Shown: positions 40,970 through 51,772, counted from the first letter of the whole stretch. The stretch: 61,837 nt of DNA, filler included, from Candidatus Nezhaarchaeota archaeon WYZ-LMO8 (GCA_004347965.1; 10 parts of 10 records of this genome joined end to end with filler, not necessarily neighbours in it); one strand, 5' to 3'. Numbers and translations are program-made. Notes: generated by a model not told the origin, from the sequence alone.

Positions 40970-41233
40970 TTAATTAGAACTCTTCGCCAAAGGGCTTAGC
41001 TCGAACTTAACTATGTCGAGAAGTTCGTGAAGTGAGCTTACCCTTATAGTCTTGCTTAACGCTTGGACAACTTTGTGAGGAGTTGCTACTAAGCATCCAG
41101 CTTGAACCCCAGCTACTACATCGGCTCTACTAAAGCCCACGTATAGCGCTTCTTCAACCTTGTGACCGAGACTTGTACAAGCTCTTATTAACTGTAAAGT
41201 TTTTTCTGGTTCATCATCCCTAGTTATTACCAC
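40970..41233 (-). CDS. HAD-family hydrolase-like C-terminal fragment (5' end lost at contig edge)
   Basis: EEALYVGFSRADVVAGVQAG resembles HAD motif IV. Confidence 0.55.
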   Translation of the reverse strand: MVITRDDEPEKTLQLIRACTSLGHKVEEALYVGFSRADVVAGVQAGCLVATPHKVVQALSKTIRVSSLHELLDIVKFELSPLAKSSN

Positions 41234-41333
41234 NNNNNNNNNNNNNNNNNNNNNNNNNNNNNNNNNNNNNNNNNNNNTTAATTAATTAANNNNNNNNNNN
41301 NNNNNNNNNNNNNNNNNNNNNNNNNNNNNNNNN
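41234..41333. other. Artificial contig-joining spacer
   Basis: N44-TTAATTAATTAA-N44. Confidence 0.99.
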
Positions 41334-41389
41334 ACTCCTATCTCCTCTCCTGGGATAACAACGTCCTTCAGTATCTTCTCACTCATCAT
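41334..41389 (-). CDS. csl4: Exosome subunit Csl4 N-terminus (truncated)
   Basis: MMSEKILKDVVIPGEEIG; follows dph2-methyltransferase as in many archaea. Confidence 0.65.
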
Positions 41390-42018
41390 CCTCCACTCCT
41401 TAATACTCTGTAAAGATCTACTTTAACCTTGTAATTCCTCTTCGTATGGAATTCAAACGTTGGCCTTATAGTTACTTGGAGTGGTATAATTTTATCGACT
41501 TTTCCTCCCAAGTCTCTGATGTATCTTTTTAAGAATCGTCTATTCTTCCAACCTGATTTATGCAAGCTGTAAACTACAGGAGCTATTCTCAGAGCAGCTT
41601 CTAAGAAAGATCTGTCAGCTCCTTCTCTCTTTACTCCAAAGGGAGGATTTTGTATCACGACATCAGCCCTTAAGTTGAGATTGTATACTGAAGCTAGTAT
41701 CCAAGATACTCTACTATCAACTCTAAGTTTTTTAGCTGCTTCAACAGCTTTTTTCAAAGCTCTTTTATCAATGTCAACTCCTACTACATAACCTGCGCCG
41801 AGTAAAGCTGAGCCTATAGCCAACCTTCCAGTACCACAACCTAAATCCGCTACTACCTTCTTATTGATGTCACCGAAAGTGGTTTCTATAGTCCATAGAA
41901 TGTCGCTAGCCTCCTCACTCATCAAGGTGTACTGCTCAAGCATTACCTTAGGCTCTGGGTGCTCATTAACCTTTGAGAGCATTATTGCCAGCTGCTTTTT
42001 CGTTAAGTACCCAGTCAC
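41386..42018 (-). CDS. METTL5-family (COG2263) RNA methyltransferase
   Basis: LEQYT, DLGCGTG, NPPFG, VYSLH; likely start GTG 42018. Confidence 0.92.
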   Translation of the reverse strand: MTGYLTKKQLAIMLSKVNEHPEPKVMLEQYTLMSEEASDILWTIETTFGDINKKVVADLGCGTGRLAIGSALLGAGYVVGVDIDKRALKKAVEAAKKLRVDSRVSWILASVYNLNLRADVVIQNPPFGVKREGADRSFLEAALRIAPVVYSLHKSGWKNRRFLKRYIRDLGGKVDKIIPLQVTIRPTFEFHTKRNYKVKVDLYRVLRSGG

Positions 42019-43033
42019 ACAAAGACCACTCCTCAAGCTTTAATTCTCCAGCTACTATTAATGCTTCAAGAACCGTTAGTATTGGCCTTCTATAGTTCAT
42101 GTAGTCGTCGATGGGTATTCTTGGGCAAGCAGTTATCACAAAGCTATCGGGCTCTGATAGATTATCTAATGCTTGTGGCGACACCTCGTAGAGAGTTACT
42201 AGGCTCACCTTCTTTCCTTTTTTCTCGAGTAGTCTCTTTATCTTCATGGCGGAGTGTATGTGTCTCTGTCTCCATTTGCATCCTACAACTATGCAATATC
42301 GCTTTGCATTCTCCATCGACCTAACAACGCTGTATAGTCTAGCAGCCTTTACCCTCTTCACTTCACGCTCAATATCTTTCACTTCATTGCGATAGGGATC
42401 GCATAGTAAAACAGGTTTTTGAGTTATTAAGCCGAGACCAAGCGCGTGGAATAACCCCCCTCCAAGATGCAAGAAGACTTCAACTTCATCATTAATTGAC
42501 AGCGCTGACGAATAGTCACAACCCAGGACTTGGCCCGTGTACTTGACTCTATTAGAGCCAGTTCCTATGTGAACTCTATAACCCTCCCCCTCTAAACGTC
42601 TCTTGAAGGTGGGCACGTAGGGGGCTTCTTGGAGCGTTGCCGTGAGACCTACATTAACCACTTTTCCCATTGAGCTCAGGACTCCAATAGCTTTATCGAT
42701 AACTCCAGAGATATCAAGCTTTGAGAATGTCTCTACAAAAAGTATCTTGACCCCTAAATTCTCAGCATACGAGAAAGCTCCAGGAAAAGGTGTGTGACCA
42801 TAATGCACTATACCATCAGCTCTAACGTTTAAAGCCTCGTCAAATGCAACGTCGCAAGCGCCGTAACAGCTCGATCCTGAGGTTAGGACCTCAACACTAG
42901 AAGCCTCCTCATTTAGTTCCTCGTACACTGAAGATGCGTGCTGCTTTAATCCATCAGCAAACTGAAGCAATACCCTCTTCACACCTTCTCTCTGTATAAA
43001 ACTCAGAACGTCATCAATCCTAAAATCATACAT
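41966..43033 (-). CDS. dph2: Diphthamide biosynthesis enzyme Dph2
   Basis: LQFADGLK, CYGACD, HYGH, GQVLGCDY, GGGLFH, TACPR. Confidence 0.95.
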   Translation of the reverse strand: MYDFRIDDVLSFIQREGVKRVLLQFADGLKQHASSVYEELNEEASSVEVLTSGSSCYGACDVAFDEALNVRADGIVHYGHTPFPGAFSYAENLGVKILFVETFSKLDISGVIDKAIGVLSSMGKVVNVGLTATLQEAPYVPTFKRRLEGEGYRVHIGTGSNRVKYTGQVLGCDYSSALSINDEVEVFLHLGGGLFHALGLGLITQKPVLLCDPYRNEVKDIEREVKRVKAARLYSVVRSMENAKRYCIVVGCKWRQRHIHSAMKIKRLLEKKGKKVSLVTLYEVSPQALDNLSEPDSFVITACPRIPIDDYMNYRRPILTVLEALIVAGELKLEEWSLCDWVLNEKAAGNNALKG

Positions 43034-43101
43034 ATTCTGTGCGAGAGTTAAATAATCGCTAAGTAAATTTAAACGTACTTACTAAAAGGGATTCGAGGTT
43101 A

Positions 43102-44421
43102 ATGCTAAGCAAATTAGGTACATCACTTCGAGAAGCTATAAAGAAGTTCTTGGGTAGACCAGTAGCGGATGAGCTTGCAGTTAAGGAGCTGATTAGAGAT
43201 GTGCAGAGAGCTCTTCTATTAGCTGACGTGAATGTTGAGCTCGTACTCAAGATAACTCAATTAATTGAGGAGAGAGCTCTTAAAGAGCCTGTGCCATCAG
43301 GCTTCACAAGGAGAGAAGTCACGTTAAAAGTCCTCTACGAATCTCTCGTTGAACTTTTAGGTGGAGAAAAGCAACCTAAAATACTTTACCCAGCGAACGA
43401 ATCGATAACTCTAATGCTTGTTGGAGTACAAGGATCGGGCAAGACCACGACAGCTGCAAAACTAGCCTGGTTCTATAAGAGTAGAGGGTATCGTCCAGGA
43501 ATAGTCTGTGCAGACACGTTTAGACCTGGAGCATACGATCAATTAAAGCAATTAGCTTTAAGTGTTGGAGTTCCATTCTATGGCGAGAGGACTGGTACAT
43601 CTACGGAAATAGCTCTAAGAGGGATTAACGAGCTTAAGAAAATGGGCTGTAACGTCATAATCATCGACACGGCTGGAAGACACAAGAGTGAGTCCACTTT
43701 AATGGAGGAGATGAAGCTGCTATCAGAAGTAATAAAGCCTAGTGAGGTCATTTTAGTCGTAGACGCTACAATAGGACAGCAAGCTAAGGTACAAGCAGAG
43801 GCCTTCAATAACGCGACTAAGATAGGATCTATAATAGTGACAAAGTTGGATGGAGCAGCTAAAGGAGGAGGTGCGTTATCAGCAGTTGTTGCTACGGGTG
43901 CACAAATAAAGTTCATAGGAATTGGAGAGAAGATCGATGAGCTCGAGATCTTTGACCCACCAAGCTTCGTCAGCAGGCTTCTAGGCATGGGCGACCTCAA
44001 ACTACTAGCGGAGAGGGTGAAGGAAGCATCACTTAGAGGAGAGATGAAGAGTCTAGTCACCGGAAAATTCACGCTTAAAGACATGGTCCAGCAACTTGAA
44101 GGACTAAAGAAACTGGGCCCTCTACGAAAAGTTCTTGAGATGATACCAGGGTTTGGCCTTAACCTACCTGATGAGATCGCAGACGTAGCACAAGAGAAAC
44201 TTGAGAAATGGACCGTTATGGTTAAGTCAATGACTAAGGAAGAACTGGAACATCCAGAGATAATAAACAGATCTAGGATGAGGAGGATAGCTCGAGGTAG
44301 CGGGGTTAAAGTTAAGGACGTTAAGGAGCTTCTAGAAACCTACGAAGCCATGAAGCGAATGATGAAGAACCTTTTGAGGAAGCAGAAAAAGGGTCGCTTA
44401 CCCCTACCCTTCAAGGCTTAA
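43102..44421 (+). CDS. srp54: Signal recognition particle protein SRP54
   Basis: GVQGSGKTT, DTFRPGA, DTAGRH, TKLDG, M-domain RIARGSG. Confidence 0.97.
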   Translation: MLSKLGTSLREAIKKFLGRPVADELAVKELIRDVQRALLLADVNVELVLKITQLIEERALKEPVPSGFTRREVTLKVLYESLVELLGGEKQPKILYPANESITLMLVGVQGSGKTTTAAKLAWFYKSRGYRPGIVCADTFRPGAYDQLKQLALSVGVPFYGERTGTSTEIALRGINELKKMGCNVIIIDTAGRHKSESTLMEEMKLLSEVIKPSEVILVVDATIGQQAKVQAEAFNNATKIGSIIVTKLDGAAKGGGALSAVVATGAQIKFIGIGEKIDELEIFDPPSFVSRLLGMGDLKLLAERVKEASLRGEMKSLVTGKFTLKDMVQQLEGLKKLGPLRKVLEMIPGFGLNLPDEIADVAQEKLEKWTVMVKSMTKEELEHPEIINRSRMRRIARGSGVKVKDVKELLETYEAMKRMMKNLLRKQKKGRLPLPFKA

Positions 44422-44448
44422 TACTCACTGAGACATTGAGGTACAACC

Positions 44449-45789
44449 ATGCTAGACGTTGCCCCCTCCATAATCGAGAAGTCCTTAAAGTTGATGGAGG
44501 AGGCAGTACTTTGTGATAAGTGCCTTGGCAGGTTCTTTGCGAATCTAGGCTTCGCTTTAAACAATGAGACTAGAGGCTCGAGCTTAAAGACCATTATTTG
44601 CATGGTCTCCTCAGAGCTAATAAATAAAGGTCGTCAGCAAGAGGCTATTGAGATGCTAAGGATCCTCGCCAAATCAGGCTTCAAGCCTGCGCGAGAGCTT
44701 TTAGCAAGAAATGGTCTTGAAGTACCTGAGGTATTACCTTGCGAGCTGTGTGAAGGTCTACTCTATGAGCCACTACATCAGCTCACGAATAAGGCCATCA
44801 ATTACCTGTCAGCGTATGATTTTAACACCTACCTCGTTGGATGCAGGGTCCCTGGAACAATAATTGAAAGAGAGGACGCCTTGAGATCTTGTGTAGAGAT
44901 AGAGTGGGGAGAATCAATTAAGAGAGAGATAAATAGAGAAGTAGGCTCCATCATAATGCTTAAAACAGGGAAAAAACCTGATTTTCAGAAGCCTGATGTC
45001 CTCGTAATCTTGGATTTCCATAGGATGGACGTTGAGGTAAAGCCTAGACCAGTTTTCATATATGGTCGCTATAGAAAGCTAATTCGAGGAATACCTCAGT
45101 CAAAATGGTTCTGTCCTAGCTGTCGAGGATCTGGCTGCCCTGAATGCAATGGAACTGGGAAGCGCTACAAGTTCTCTGTTGAAGAACTCATAACAAAACC
45201 AATGATCGAAAGATTCGAGGCTCATGATGCTAAGTTTCATGGAGCTGGAAGAGAAGACATAGATGTTAGGGTTCTAGGTTCAGGAAGACCATTTGTCATT
45301 GAAGTTATTGAGCCCAAGAAGAGGTTCATCAACCTTGAAGAACTTCAAAGAGAGATTAATGAGAGGTCTCAAGGCATGGTTGAGGTCTTTAACTTATCGT
45401 ATACCGATAGATCCACCATCGGGAAGCTAAAACTTTCAGCTAAAGCTAAGAGGAAAACTTATAGAGCATTGATAGAGATTGAAGATCAGTTAGAGAAGGA
45501 GAGGATAGGAGCCCTTAGCGACTTCTTTCGAGAAGTAACCATAAAGCAATGGACTCCCAGGAGAGTCTTACATCGTCGAGCTGACAAGTTGCGGATGAAA
45601 AGAGTATACGAGGTGGAGATTTTGGACGTTAAGGATAAGACATTTGAGGTCTTAATAAAGTGTCAAGGAGGTCTATACGTCAAAGAGCTTATCCACGGGG
45701 ATGAAGGTCGTACTACACCTAGCTTTCAAGAATTTCTTGGCGCGAAGCTTAGGGTCCTAGAATTAGACGTCATAGACGTTGAGGATTAA
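44449..45789 (+). CDS. pus10: tRNA pseudouridine(54/55) synthase Pus10
   Basis: LCDKCLGR, YGRYRKLIRGIPQ, HGAGREDIDV, GGLYVKELIHGD. Confidence 0.96.
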   Translation: MLDVAPSIIEKSLKLMEEAVLCDKCLGRFFANLGFALNNETRGSSLKTIICMVSSELINKGRQQEAIEMLRILAKSGFKPARELLARNGLEVPEVLPCELCEGLLYEPLHQLTNKAINYLSAYDFNTYLVGCRVPGTIIEREDALRSCVEIEWGESIKREINREVGSIIMLKTGKKPDFQKPDVLVILDFHRMDVEVKPRPVFIYGRYRKLIRGIPQSKWFCPSCRGSGCPECNGTGKRYKFSVEELITKPMIERFEAHDAKFHGAGREDIDVRVLGSGRPFVIEVIEPKKRFINLEELQREINERSQGMVEVFNLSYTDRSTIGKLKLSAKAKRKTYRALIEIEDQLEKERIGALSDFFREVTIKQWTPRRVLHRRADKLRMKRVYEVEILDVKDKTFEVLIKCQGGLYVKELIHGDEGRTTPSFQEFLGAKLRVLELDVIDVED

Positions 45790-45790
45790 T

Positions 45791-46084
45791 CTAAGACGTT
45801 AAAGGCCTTATGTGCTCGGGAGTTGTTATTATGGTCTTACGCTTATCGCCAAGCTTCGTTTCAATAATGTACGCTCTCCCTCTTTTACCTATTATGGTTC
45901 CAGTAAGGCCGTGATATCTTCTATGAGGAGCTGTCTCAATGCTCGTTGGATCTATATCGAAAGCCACCTTATCACCTACCTTGTACTCTATTAGTAAGTA
46001 GCTTAACCCTCTCATGCCACGCTCACGTGGGTGCTTTGATAGTAAGCTTCTACCCTTGCTTCTTAACCCCTTGGACCTCTTCAC
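45791..46084 (-). CDS. rpl21e: 50S ribosomal protein L21e
   Basis: KRSKGLRSKGR..PHRRYHGLTG..PEHI; AGGTGA RBS on the minus strand. Confidence 0.96.
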   Translation of the reverse strand: MKRSKGLRSKGRSLLSKHPRERGMRGLSYLLIEYKVGDKVAFDIDPTSIETAPHRRYHGLTGTIIGKRGRAYIIETKLGDKRKTIITTPEHIRPLTS

Positions 46085-46212
46085 GATTCTTCACCTTAAA
46101 TCTAAGTGCGAGTTGAGTATTGCTTGAGTAGCTCTAACCAATATATTTATTTTCTCTCCTGAGAAATACTCCATAAATTCAGCTCAGTTTCTGATGTAGT
46201 GAGGTTTCAAGG

Positions 46213-46542
46213 ATGAAGGTGACAAAAATCAGAGAGATACCTCTACCTAAGGTACGCGACCTCCTAGAAATGAGGCAAGGACTAGGCCCTCTAGAGTCAT
46301 ATCAAGTTGCAGTACTTTCTCATGCTTCTAGATTTTCTAAGATCCCTTCAGATAAAGCTGAGAAGCTTATTGAAGAACTTGTTGATAAATTCAAAATGTC
46401 CAGAGCTACTGCAGTTCAAATAGTAAACATCTTGCCAACATCAGTACAAGAGCTGAGAGTATTACTTGCTAGAGAAGGCAAGGTCTTCTTGACTGAGGAT
46501 CTTGAAAAGATCTTAGAGCTAATTCGAAGCCACACAGAGTAA
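46213..46542 (+). CDS. rpoF: DNA-directed RNA polymerase subunit F (Rpo4)
   Basis: RFSKI..A.KL.EEL..AVQIVNILP...ELR pattern; next to rpl21e. Confidence 0.9.
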   Translation: MKVTKIREIPLPKVRDLLEMRQGLGPLESYQVAVLSHASRFSKIPSDKAEKLIEELVDKFKMSRATAVQIVNILPTSVQELRVLLAREGKVFLTEDLEKILELIRSHTE

Positions 46543-46545
46543 AGC

Positions 46546-46645
46546 NNNNNNNNNNNNNNNNNNNNNNNNNNNNNNNNNNNNNNNNNNNNTTAATTAATTA
46601 ANNNNNNNNNNNNNNNNNNNNNNNNNNNNNNNNNNNNNNNNNNNN
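46546..46645. other. Artificial contig-joining spacer
   Basis: N44-TTAATTAATTAA-N44. Confidence 0.99.
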
Positions 46646-47235
46646 TCGCTTGTATCGTCGTTATTATCGTAGAAGTTCCATCCTTTAAGAAGCTTATCAG
46701 CTAAATCTGGATGCGTTGGGTCAACTCCACTATCTATGACTGCTACGACAACATTGCTGTTACCTGAAGTAATGTCCCAAGCACTTGGGCAATTAATCTT
46801 CTCCAAATACCATTGCAGTGGGTAATAAGGATCGCTTGGCACTTGAGAGATCATGATGTGATAGTCTATCTCTACAAAATCAATTAGAGGACTACTCAGC
46901 AAGGTCGATTCTATAAGTGAACGTTTCTCTTCTGGAATAGAAACTATGAAGACGTTGATTTGCTGAATGTAATCGATGATATTAACATTGAGAGTGTGTA
47001 GAAGATTATATTTGACATCTTCAGACACACATGGTTTGAACCTGACTAGTAATTGAGTTGTGGGTTGAGGACCTAAAGTGGAGGTGTAATTGGTTATGCA
47101 TATTGAGATAGCAATGAAAAATAAGGCTATCACTAACAACTTTATATGTATCGTTAAGATCCTCTTATTGGGGGATTGTTCTCTTTCATGACGATTAAAA
47201 ACTCTTATTTTTAACTTGATTTTTCGACCCCCCAA
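46646..47235 (-). CDS. Secreted subtilisin-like S8 protease (signal + propeptide + start of catalytic domain), truncated
   Basis: PSDPYYPLQWYL, AWDITSG, VAVIDSGVDPTHPDL; start uncertain. Confidence 0.88.
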
Positions 47236-47397
47236 TAAAGCTCGAAAATATTTTAAGATATTTCATAACGTATTACCTATTTAAGCCATATGGTGATGAA
47301 GGTATGTGAGCATTGAGAGAATGTTAATATTTCTGAGACATCAATAGGAAAAGAGTAAAATTACGATTTTGTGTTAAGCTATATGTAGAGTGCAAAA

Positions 47398-48432
47398 ATG
47401 ATGAATAGTATTAGGACTAAGAAAGTGAAGATTGTGAAGGTCTTGATCATCGTTTTTTCAGCATTATTGCTTTTCTCTCTTGTATACCTGTACAATGTAC
47501 ATCAACAACCTATCTTAGAAAGAAAGATTGTAACTATTGCTTCGTATGTTCATAGAGCTATGTACGATTACGTAGCTGAGCTAAAACCGAACATCATCTA
47601 TAACAAGACGATACTGAGACCTGGCGAAGGGATACTATACGCTACTTTAACAAACAAGATAAACATATCATTTATCTACATGTTTTCGTCGAATCCACCA
47701 CCAGAAGCAATTAACGTAGTGATGAGGGGGTTAACGGCAAAGATAGAATCACCAGATAAGTGGACGAAAGTGCTGCAAAAAGAAGAGCTCATAGAGCTCC
47801 TAAACTTTAGGGGCTCTGTCAACTTCACATTAGAAGTTGATTGTTTGCTGCTTAAGCAAATTGTTAACGCGATAGATAAAGAGCTGGGTGTATACTCTTC
47901 ATCATACAACTTGTTCATTGCTCCAGAGGTACTCGTAAATGCAAGGATTGCTGGGAGAAGTGTAAGTGAGGTGTACACACCCCAGTTAACAGTCACGTTC
48001 AAAATTAGTGCAGATAGGGGTGGCTACATATCATTGGAGGGTTTAGAGCAAACTCAAAGTAGAGAAATCAAAGACGTTATAGAGGTATTTCACCCAGAAG
48101 TGGAAAGTCAAAGAGTCCTATCTTATATAGCAACAATACTAGCAACAGTGGGATTAGCAACTTCAATGCTTATCCATTATAGAGTTAAATGGCATGAAAA
48201 GAAGAAATTAGTTGACGTAAAACTTAGCAGAATGATAAGAGAACATAGAGATGTTATAGTAGAAGCGCTGACATCTTTGCCCGAAGTACATGCTACCATA
48301 GAAGTGAGGAGCCTTGAAGACCTCGTAAAGATAGCAGAGGTACTTGCAAAGCCGATCTTAAAAGCAATGGAAGACGAAAAGCAAGTTTTCTATGTAGTGG
48401 ATGGAAACATAAAGTATCAATATAAAGTATAA
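47398..48432 (+). CDS. DUF5305-like surface protein (TM - extracellular domain - TM - cytoplasmic tail)
   Basis: YDYVAELKPNIIY; C-terminal IEVRSLEDLVKIAEVLAKPIL..FYVVDGNIKYQY. Confidence 0.7.
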   Translation: MMNSIRTKKVKIVKVLIIVFSALLLFSLVYLYNVHQQPILERKIVTIASYVHRAMYDYVAELKPNIIYNKTILRPGEGILYATLTNKINISFIYMFSSNPPPEAINVVMRGLTAKIESPDKWTKVLQKEELIELLNFRGSVNFTLEVDCLLLKQIVNAIDKELGVYSSSYNLFIAPEVLVNARIAGRSVSEVYTPQLTVTFKISADRGGYISLEGLEQTQSREIKDVIEVFHPEVESQRVLSYIATILATVGLATSMLIHYRVKWHEKKKLVDVKLSRMIREHRDVIVEALTSLPEVHATIEVRSLEDLVKIAEVLAKPILKAMEDEKQVFYVVDGNIKYQYKV

Positions 48433-48665
48433 AGGAGAAGTACTTACGTCCCAATAGGACATAGACTTATTATACTTTAATTTTTATCAAACACGATGGA
48501 TATGAAGCAATTAAAATCACTGAAGTGGAGCTCTAGGAACGCTTATAATAGGTTAGACAGAAAAATTTCTGAACTTGAGCTCAGTTGTGGGTAGGAAGTG
48601 CTAATTAACTATGCTGTCCATAGAAGATAGTGTGATGTTAGCTATGTGAAGAAGAGAATTTTTGA

Positions 48666-49964
48666 GTGGTTGAAAAAGATGTGTTTGCCATGAAGTCTCT
48701 GAGCATGCGCATTAAGGGGGAGCTGGCTTTCATTAGAGGGAACTACGCTGTCCTAGTTTTAAGCTGGCTCATCATGGACTTTGCTATTGAGGTGCCCGCT
48801 ACGTACTACGCTTTATACGTCATAGGTTTGGGAGCCACCGAGACTATTGTGGGGATTGTGGGTCTATGTTACTTCCTAGCATTAGCCTCAATGCAGTTTC
48901 CTGGAGGCTACGTTGCTGATAGGTTTGGGAGGAAGTGGATTATATGCACGATGACTTTTGGGGTAGCTTTAAGCTACCTCTTCTATGCCTTGGCACCCTC
49001 TTGGCACTTCATCTTGGTTGGAGCTATGTTAGCAGCAATCTTCAACTCAACTTATCAACCAGCCCTCATGGCGATGATAGCGGACTCCCTACCTCCTGAT
49101 AGAAGGGGAACAGGCTTCGGCATAGTCTCACTTATAAGCAACATCTCAACAACGCCAGCTCCTATCGTCGCCGCTTATCTTTGCAGCACCTTTGGCTTGA
49201 TGTCTGGAATGAGGATAAGCTATGGGTTGGTGGTAACCCTCTTCTTACTAGCAGCTATTCTAAGAACGCTTTACTTGAAGGAAACCGTTAAGGTCTCTGA
49301 AAAGCCAAGTTTAGCTGAGCTTTGGAGGAGCTATCCAACTGCCGTTAGAGAGTCTCTAACGGTATTTAAGAGGTCTTCGAGGTCTCTTACCTTCTTGATC
49401 TTAGCGGCTGTAATGTGTGGGTTCGGTTCTTCTGCTGTTTTTCCGTATCTACCAGTTTATGCTGTAAGGGAGCTACTAATAGAGGAAGCTCTTTGGGGGT
49501 TAATGTTAGCGGCTGTACCAGCTACAACTGTTGCTCTTTCAATACCTGTTGGGAGGCTAATGGATAAGGTTGGTAAAAAGATGCCTCTGGCAATAGCTTG
49601 CGTGTTACTTGCTGCTTCGATGTGGCTTTTTGCTGATGGAGGTGCACCTCTAGTGATTGTCTCACTTGTGCTTATGGGAGCGGGAAGTGTGACAATACAT
49701 ACAGGGCTTGGTTCCCTCATCGCCGACTTAGTACCTATGAGAGATAGAGGAAAAGTGAATGCATTCTTAAACTTCTCTAGCCTCTCGTTCATGGCGCTTG
49801 GAAACCTTGTGGGAGGCTTTCTCTATGAGCACTTATCACCTAGACTACCATTTTACTTAGCGACCCTCATAAGCTTATTGGCAGCACTATTGGTAGCCCT
49901 CTTTGTGAAAGAAGCTGAGGGTGTAAGAGATTACGTAGAGCATCATAGCATACTTCAACAGTAA
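48666..49964 (+). CDS. MFS transporter
   Basis: GGYVADRFGRK and GRLMDKVGKK motif A; about 12 TM. Confidence 0.93.
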   Translation: MVEKDVFAMKSLSMRIKGELAFIRGNYAVLVLSWLIMDFAIEVPATYYALYVIGLGATETIVGIVGLCYFLALASMQFPGGYVADRFGRKWIICTMTFGVALSYLFYALAPSWHFILVGAMLAAIFNSTYQPALMAMIADSLPPDRRGTGFGIVSLISNISTTPAPIVAAYLCSTFGLMSGMRISYGLVVTLFLLAAILRTLYLKETVKVSEKPSLAELWRSYPTAVRESLTVFKRSSRSLTFLILAAVMCGFGSSAVFPYLPVYAVRELLIEEALWGLMLAAVPATTVALSIPVGRLMDKVGKKMPLAIACVLLAASMWLFADGGAPLVIVSLVLMGAGSVTIHTGLGSLIADLVPMRDRGKVNAFLNFSSLSFMALGNLVGGFLYEHLSPRLPFYLATLISLLAALLVALFVKEAEGVRDYVEHHSILQQ

Positions 49965-50011
49965 GTTAAGGGCTTGACGACTTGTAATGGCTCAACACGC
50001 TTCGATGGACT

Positions 50012-50710
50012 TCATCTTCTAATCGAGGTTAGTATCACTCTTGCATCAACAGCTTTTGCTCCAGACCTAGAAGCTATTATTGGGTTTAGGTCTAGTTGAT
50101 GTATCTCTTCGTTTTCAATTAGCAGTCTCGATGCATTGACTACGATATTAATTAGGGCTTTAAGGTCTACTGGCTCCATTCCCCTATATCCTTGAAGCAA
50201 TTTGAAGCCCTTTATCTCCCTTATCATCTCTTCAGCGTCTTCCTCTGATACTGGTGCAACTCTAAAGCTTACATCCCTCATAACTTCAATGAACACCCCT
50301 CCAAGACCGAACATTACTGCTGGTCCGAACTCCGGATCTCTTAATCCTCCTACAGCTACTTCGACTCCTTTAGGGACCATCTCTTCGATTAGCACCCCTC
50401 TAATCGTAGCTCTCGGATTATGCTTTAGAGCGTTCTCTACAACCTTCTCGTAAGCTTTCTTCAGATCCTCTACGTTGTTCACTCCAGTAACGACGCAACC
50501 TACATCCGTCTTGTGGATTATGTCCTCTGAAACTATCTTAACAACCACTGGGAAGCCTATCTCCATAGCTGCTTGAACCGCTTCGCTTACGTTTTTGACA
50601 ACCTTTGAGCTTGGTACCGGTATACCGTATTGAGAGCAAAGCTCCTTTGCCTCCGGCTCCAACAATATCGTCCTACCTTCACTTAACGCTTTGCTTATTA
50701 TGGGGTTCAT
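50012..50710 (-). CDS. acdB: ADP-forming acyl-CoA synthetase (ACD) beta subunit, ATP-grasp
   Basis: GFPVVVKIVS.DIIHKTDVG, DPEFGP.VMFGLGG, LDLNP, AVDAR. Confidence 0.93.
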   Translation of the reverse strand: MNPIISKALSEGRTILLEPEAKELCSQYGIPVPSSKVVKNVSEAVQAAMEIGFPVVVKIVSEDIIHKTDVGCVVTGVNNVEDLKKAYEKVVENALKHNPRATIRGVLIEEMVPKGVEVAVGGLRDPEFGPAVMFGLGGVFIEVMRDVSFRVAPVSEEDAEEMIREIKGFKLLQGYRGMEPVDLKALINIVVNASRLLIENEEIHQLDLNPIIASRSGAKAVDARVILTSIRR

Positions 50711-50816
50711 GAAGCATCAGGAGTTAGTATGTCGTGCCTTATATCAAATTTTCGCTTGAAGCCTTTGTGGTTAAAGCAATGCTTATAACTTCCGACTATC
50801 GTACCTACTGCAGTTA

Positions 50817-51772
50817 TTGATCTACGAGGGCTTGATCGCAATGACCATGGAGGGAAGAAGTGTAATCGAGAAGTTAAGACCCCTCTTCTACCCTAAATCT
50901 ATAGCTGTAATTGGGGCTTCCGATAACCCCATGAAGCTCGGATACTTGCACTTGAGGGGCATCATAGAGTTCGGCTATGAAGGGGCTGTCTACCCAGTTA
51001 ACCCTAGATTAGCTGGTAAGGAGATTTTAGGTCTTAAGTGCTATGCAAAGGTTTCAGACATACCGGATGACATCGACCTAGTCTACATAGCTGTTAATGC
51101 ACGCAACGTCGTAGACGTTCTAAAAGATTGCGTTAAGAAGGGAGTAAAGGCAGCCATAATCTTTGCAGGGGGCTTCGCTGAAATAGGCGATGAAGGGAGG
51201 ATGATGGAGGAGGAGATTCGAGCTATAGCTAGAAAGTCTGGGATGGTAGTATTAGGTCCTAACTGCCTTGGTGTTGCAAACCTTTATGTCAATCTGAACA
51301 CATTAGGGCTTGGAGCCTCTCTCTTAAAGCCGCCGGAGCCAGGTAGAATTTCGTTGATATCTCATAGCGGGACTCTTACAGTAAGCTTCCTCACTCTATC
51401 AACAGTGAGAAAGTTCTATCCAAGCAAGATAGCGAGCACCGGTAATGAGGCTACAACCACCTTAACAGACATCTTGGAGTACTTCATTGAGGACCCGGAT
51501 ACAGGCGTTATAGCAATGTACATAGAGTCCATTAGGAATGGTAGGAGGTTCATAGAGCTTTGCAAGTCCACCACCAAGCCTCTTGTAGCTCTCAAGGCTG
51601 GTAGAAGCGAATCTGGTAAGAGCGCTGCGAAATCTCATACTGCTGCTTTAGCTGGATCCATTGAGGTTTGGAACGCTGTTTGTAAGCAAGCTGGCATAAT
51701 TCAAGCTGAAAGTTTCGAGGAGCTCTACGAGCTCTCCATGACCCTTGCCTGCTCCTTAAGACCAAAGGGCAA
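50817..51772 (+). CDS. acdA: ADP-forming acyl-CoA synthetase (ACD) alpha subunit, 3' truncated
   Basis: PKSIAVIGAS, YPVNP, GPNCLG, SHSG, GNEA, KAGRS..AAKSHTAALAG. Confidence 0.92.
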
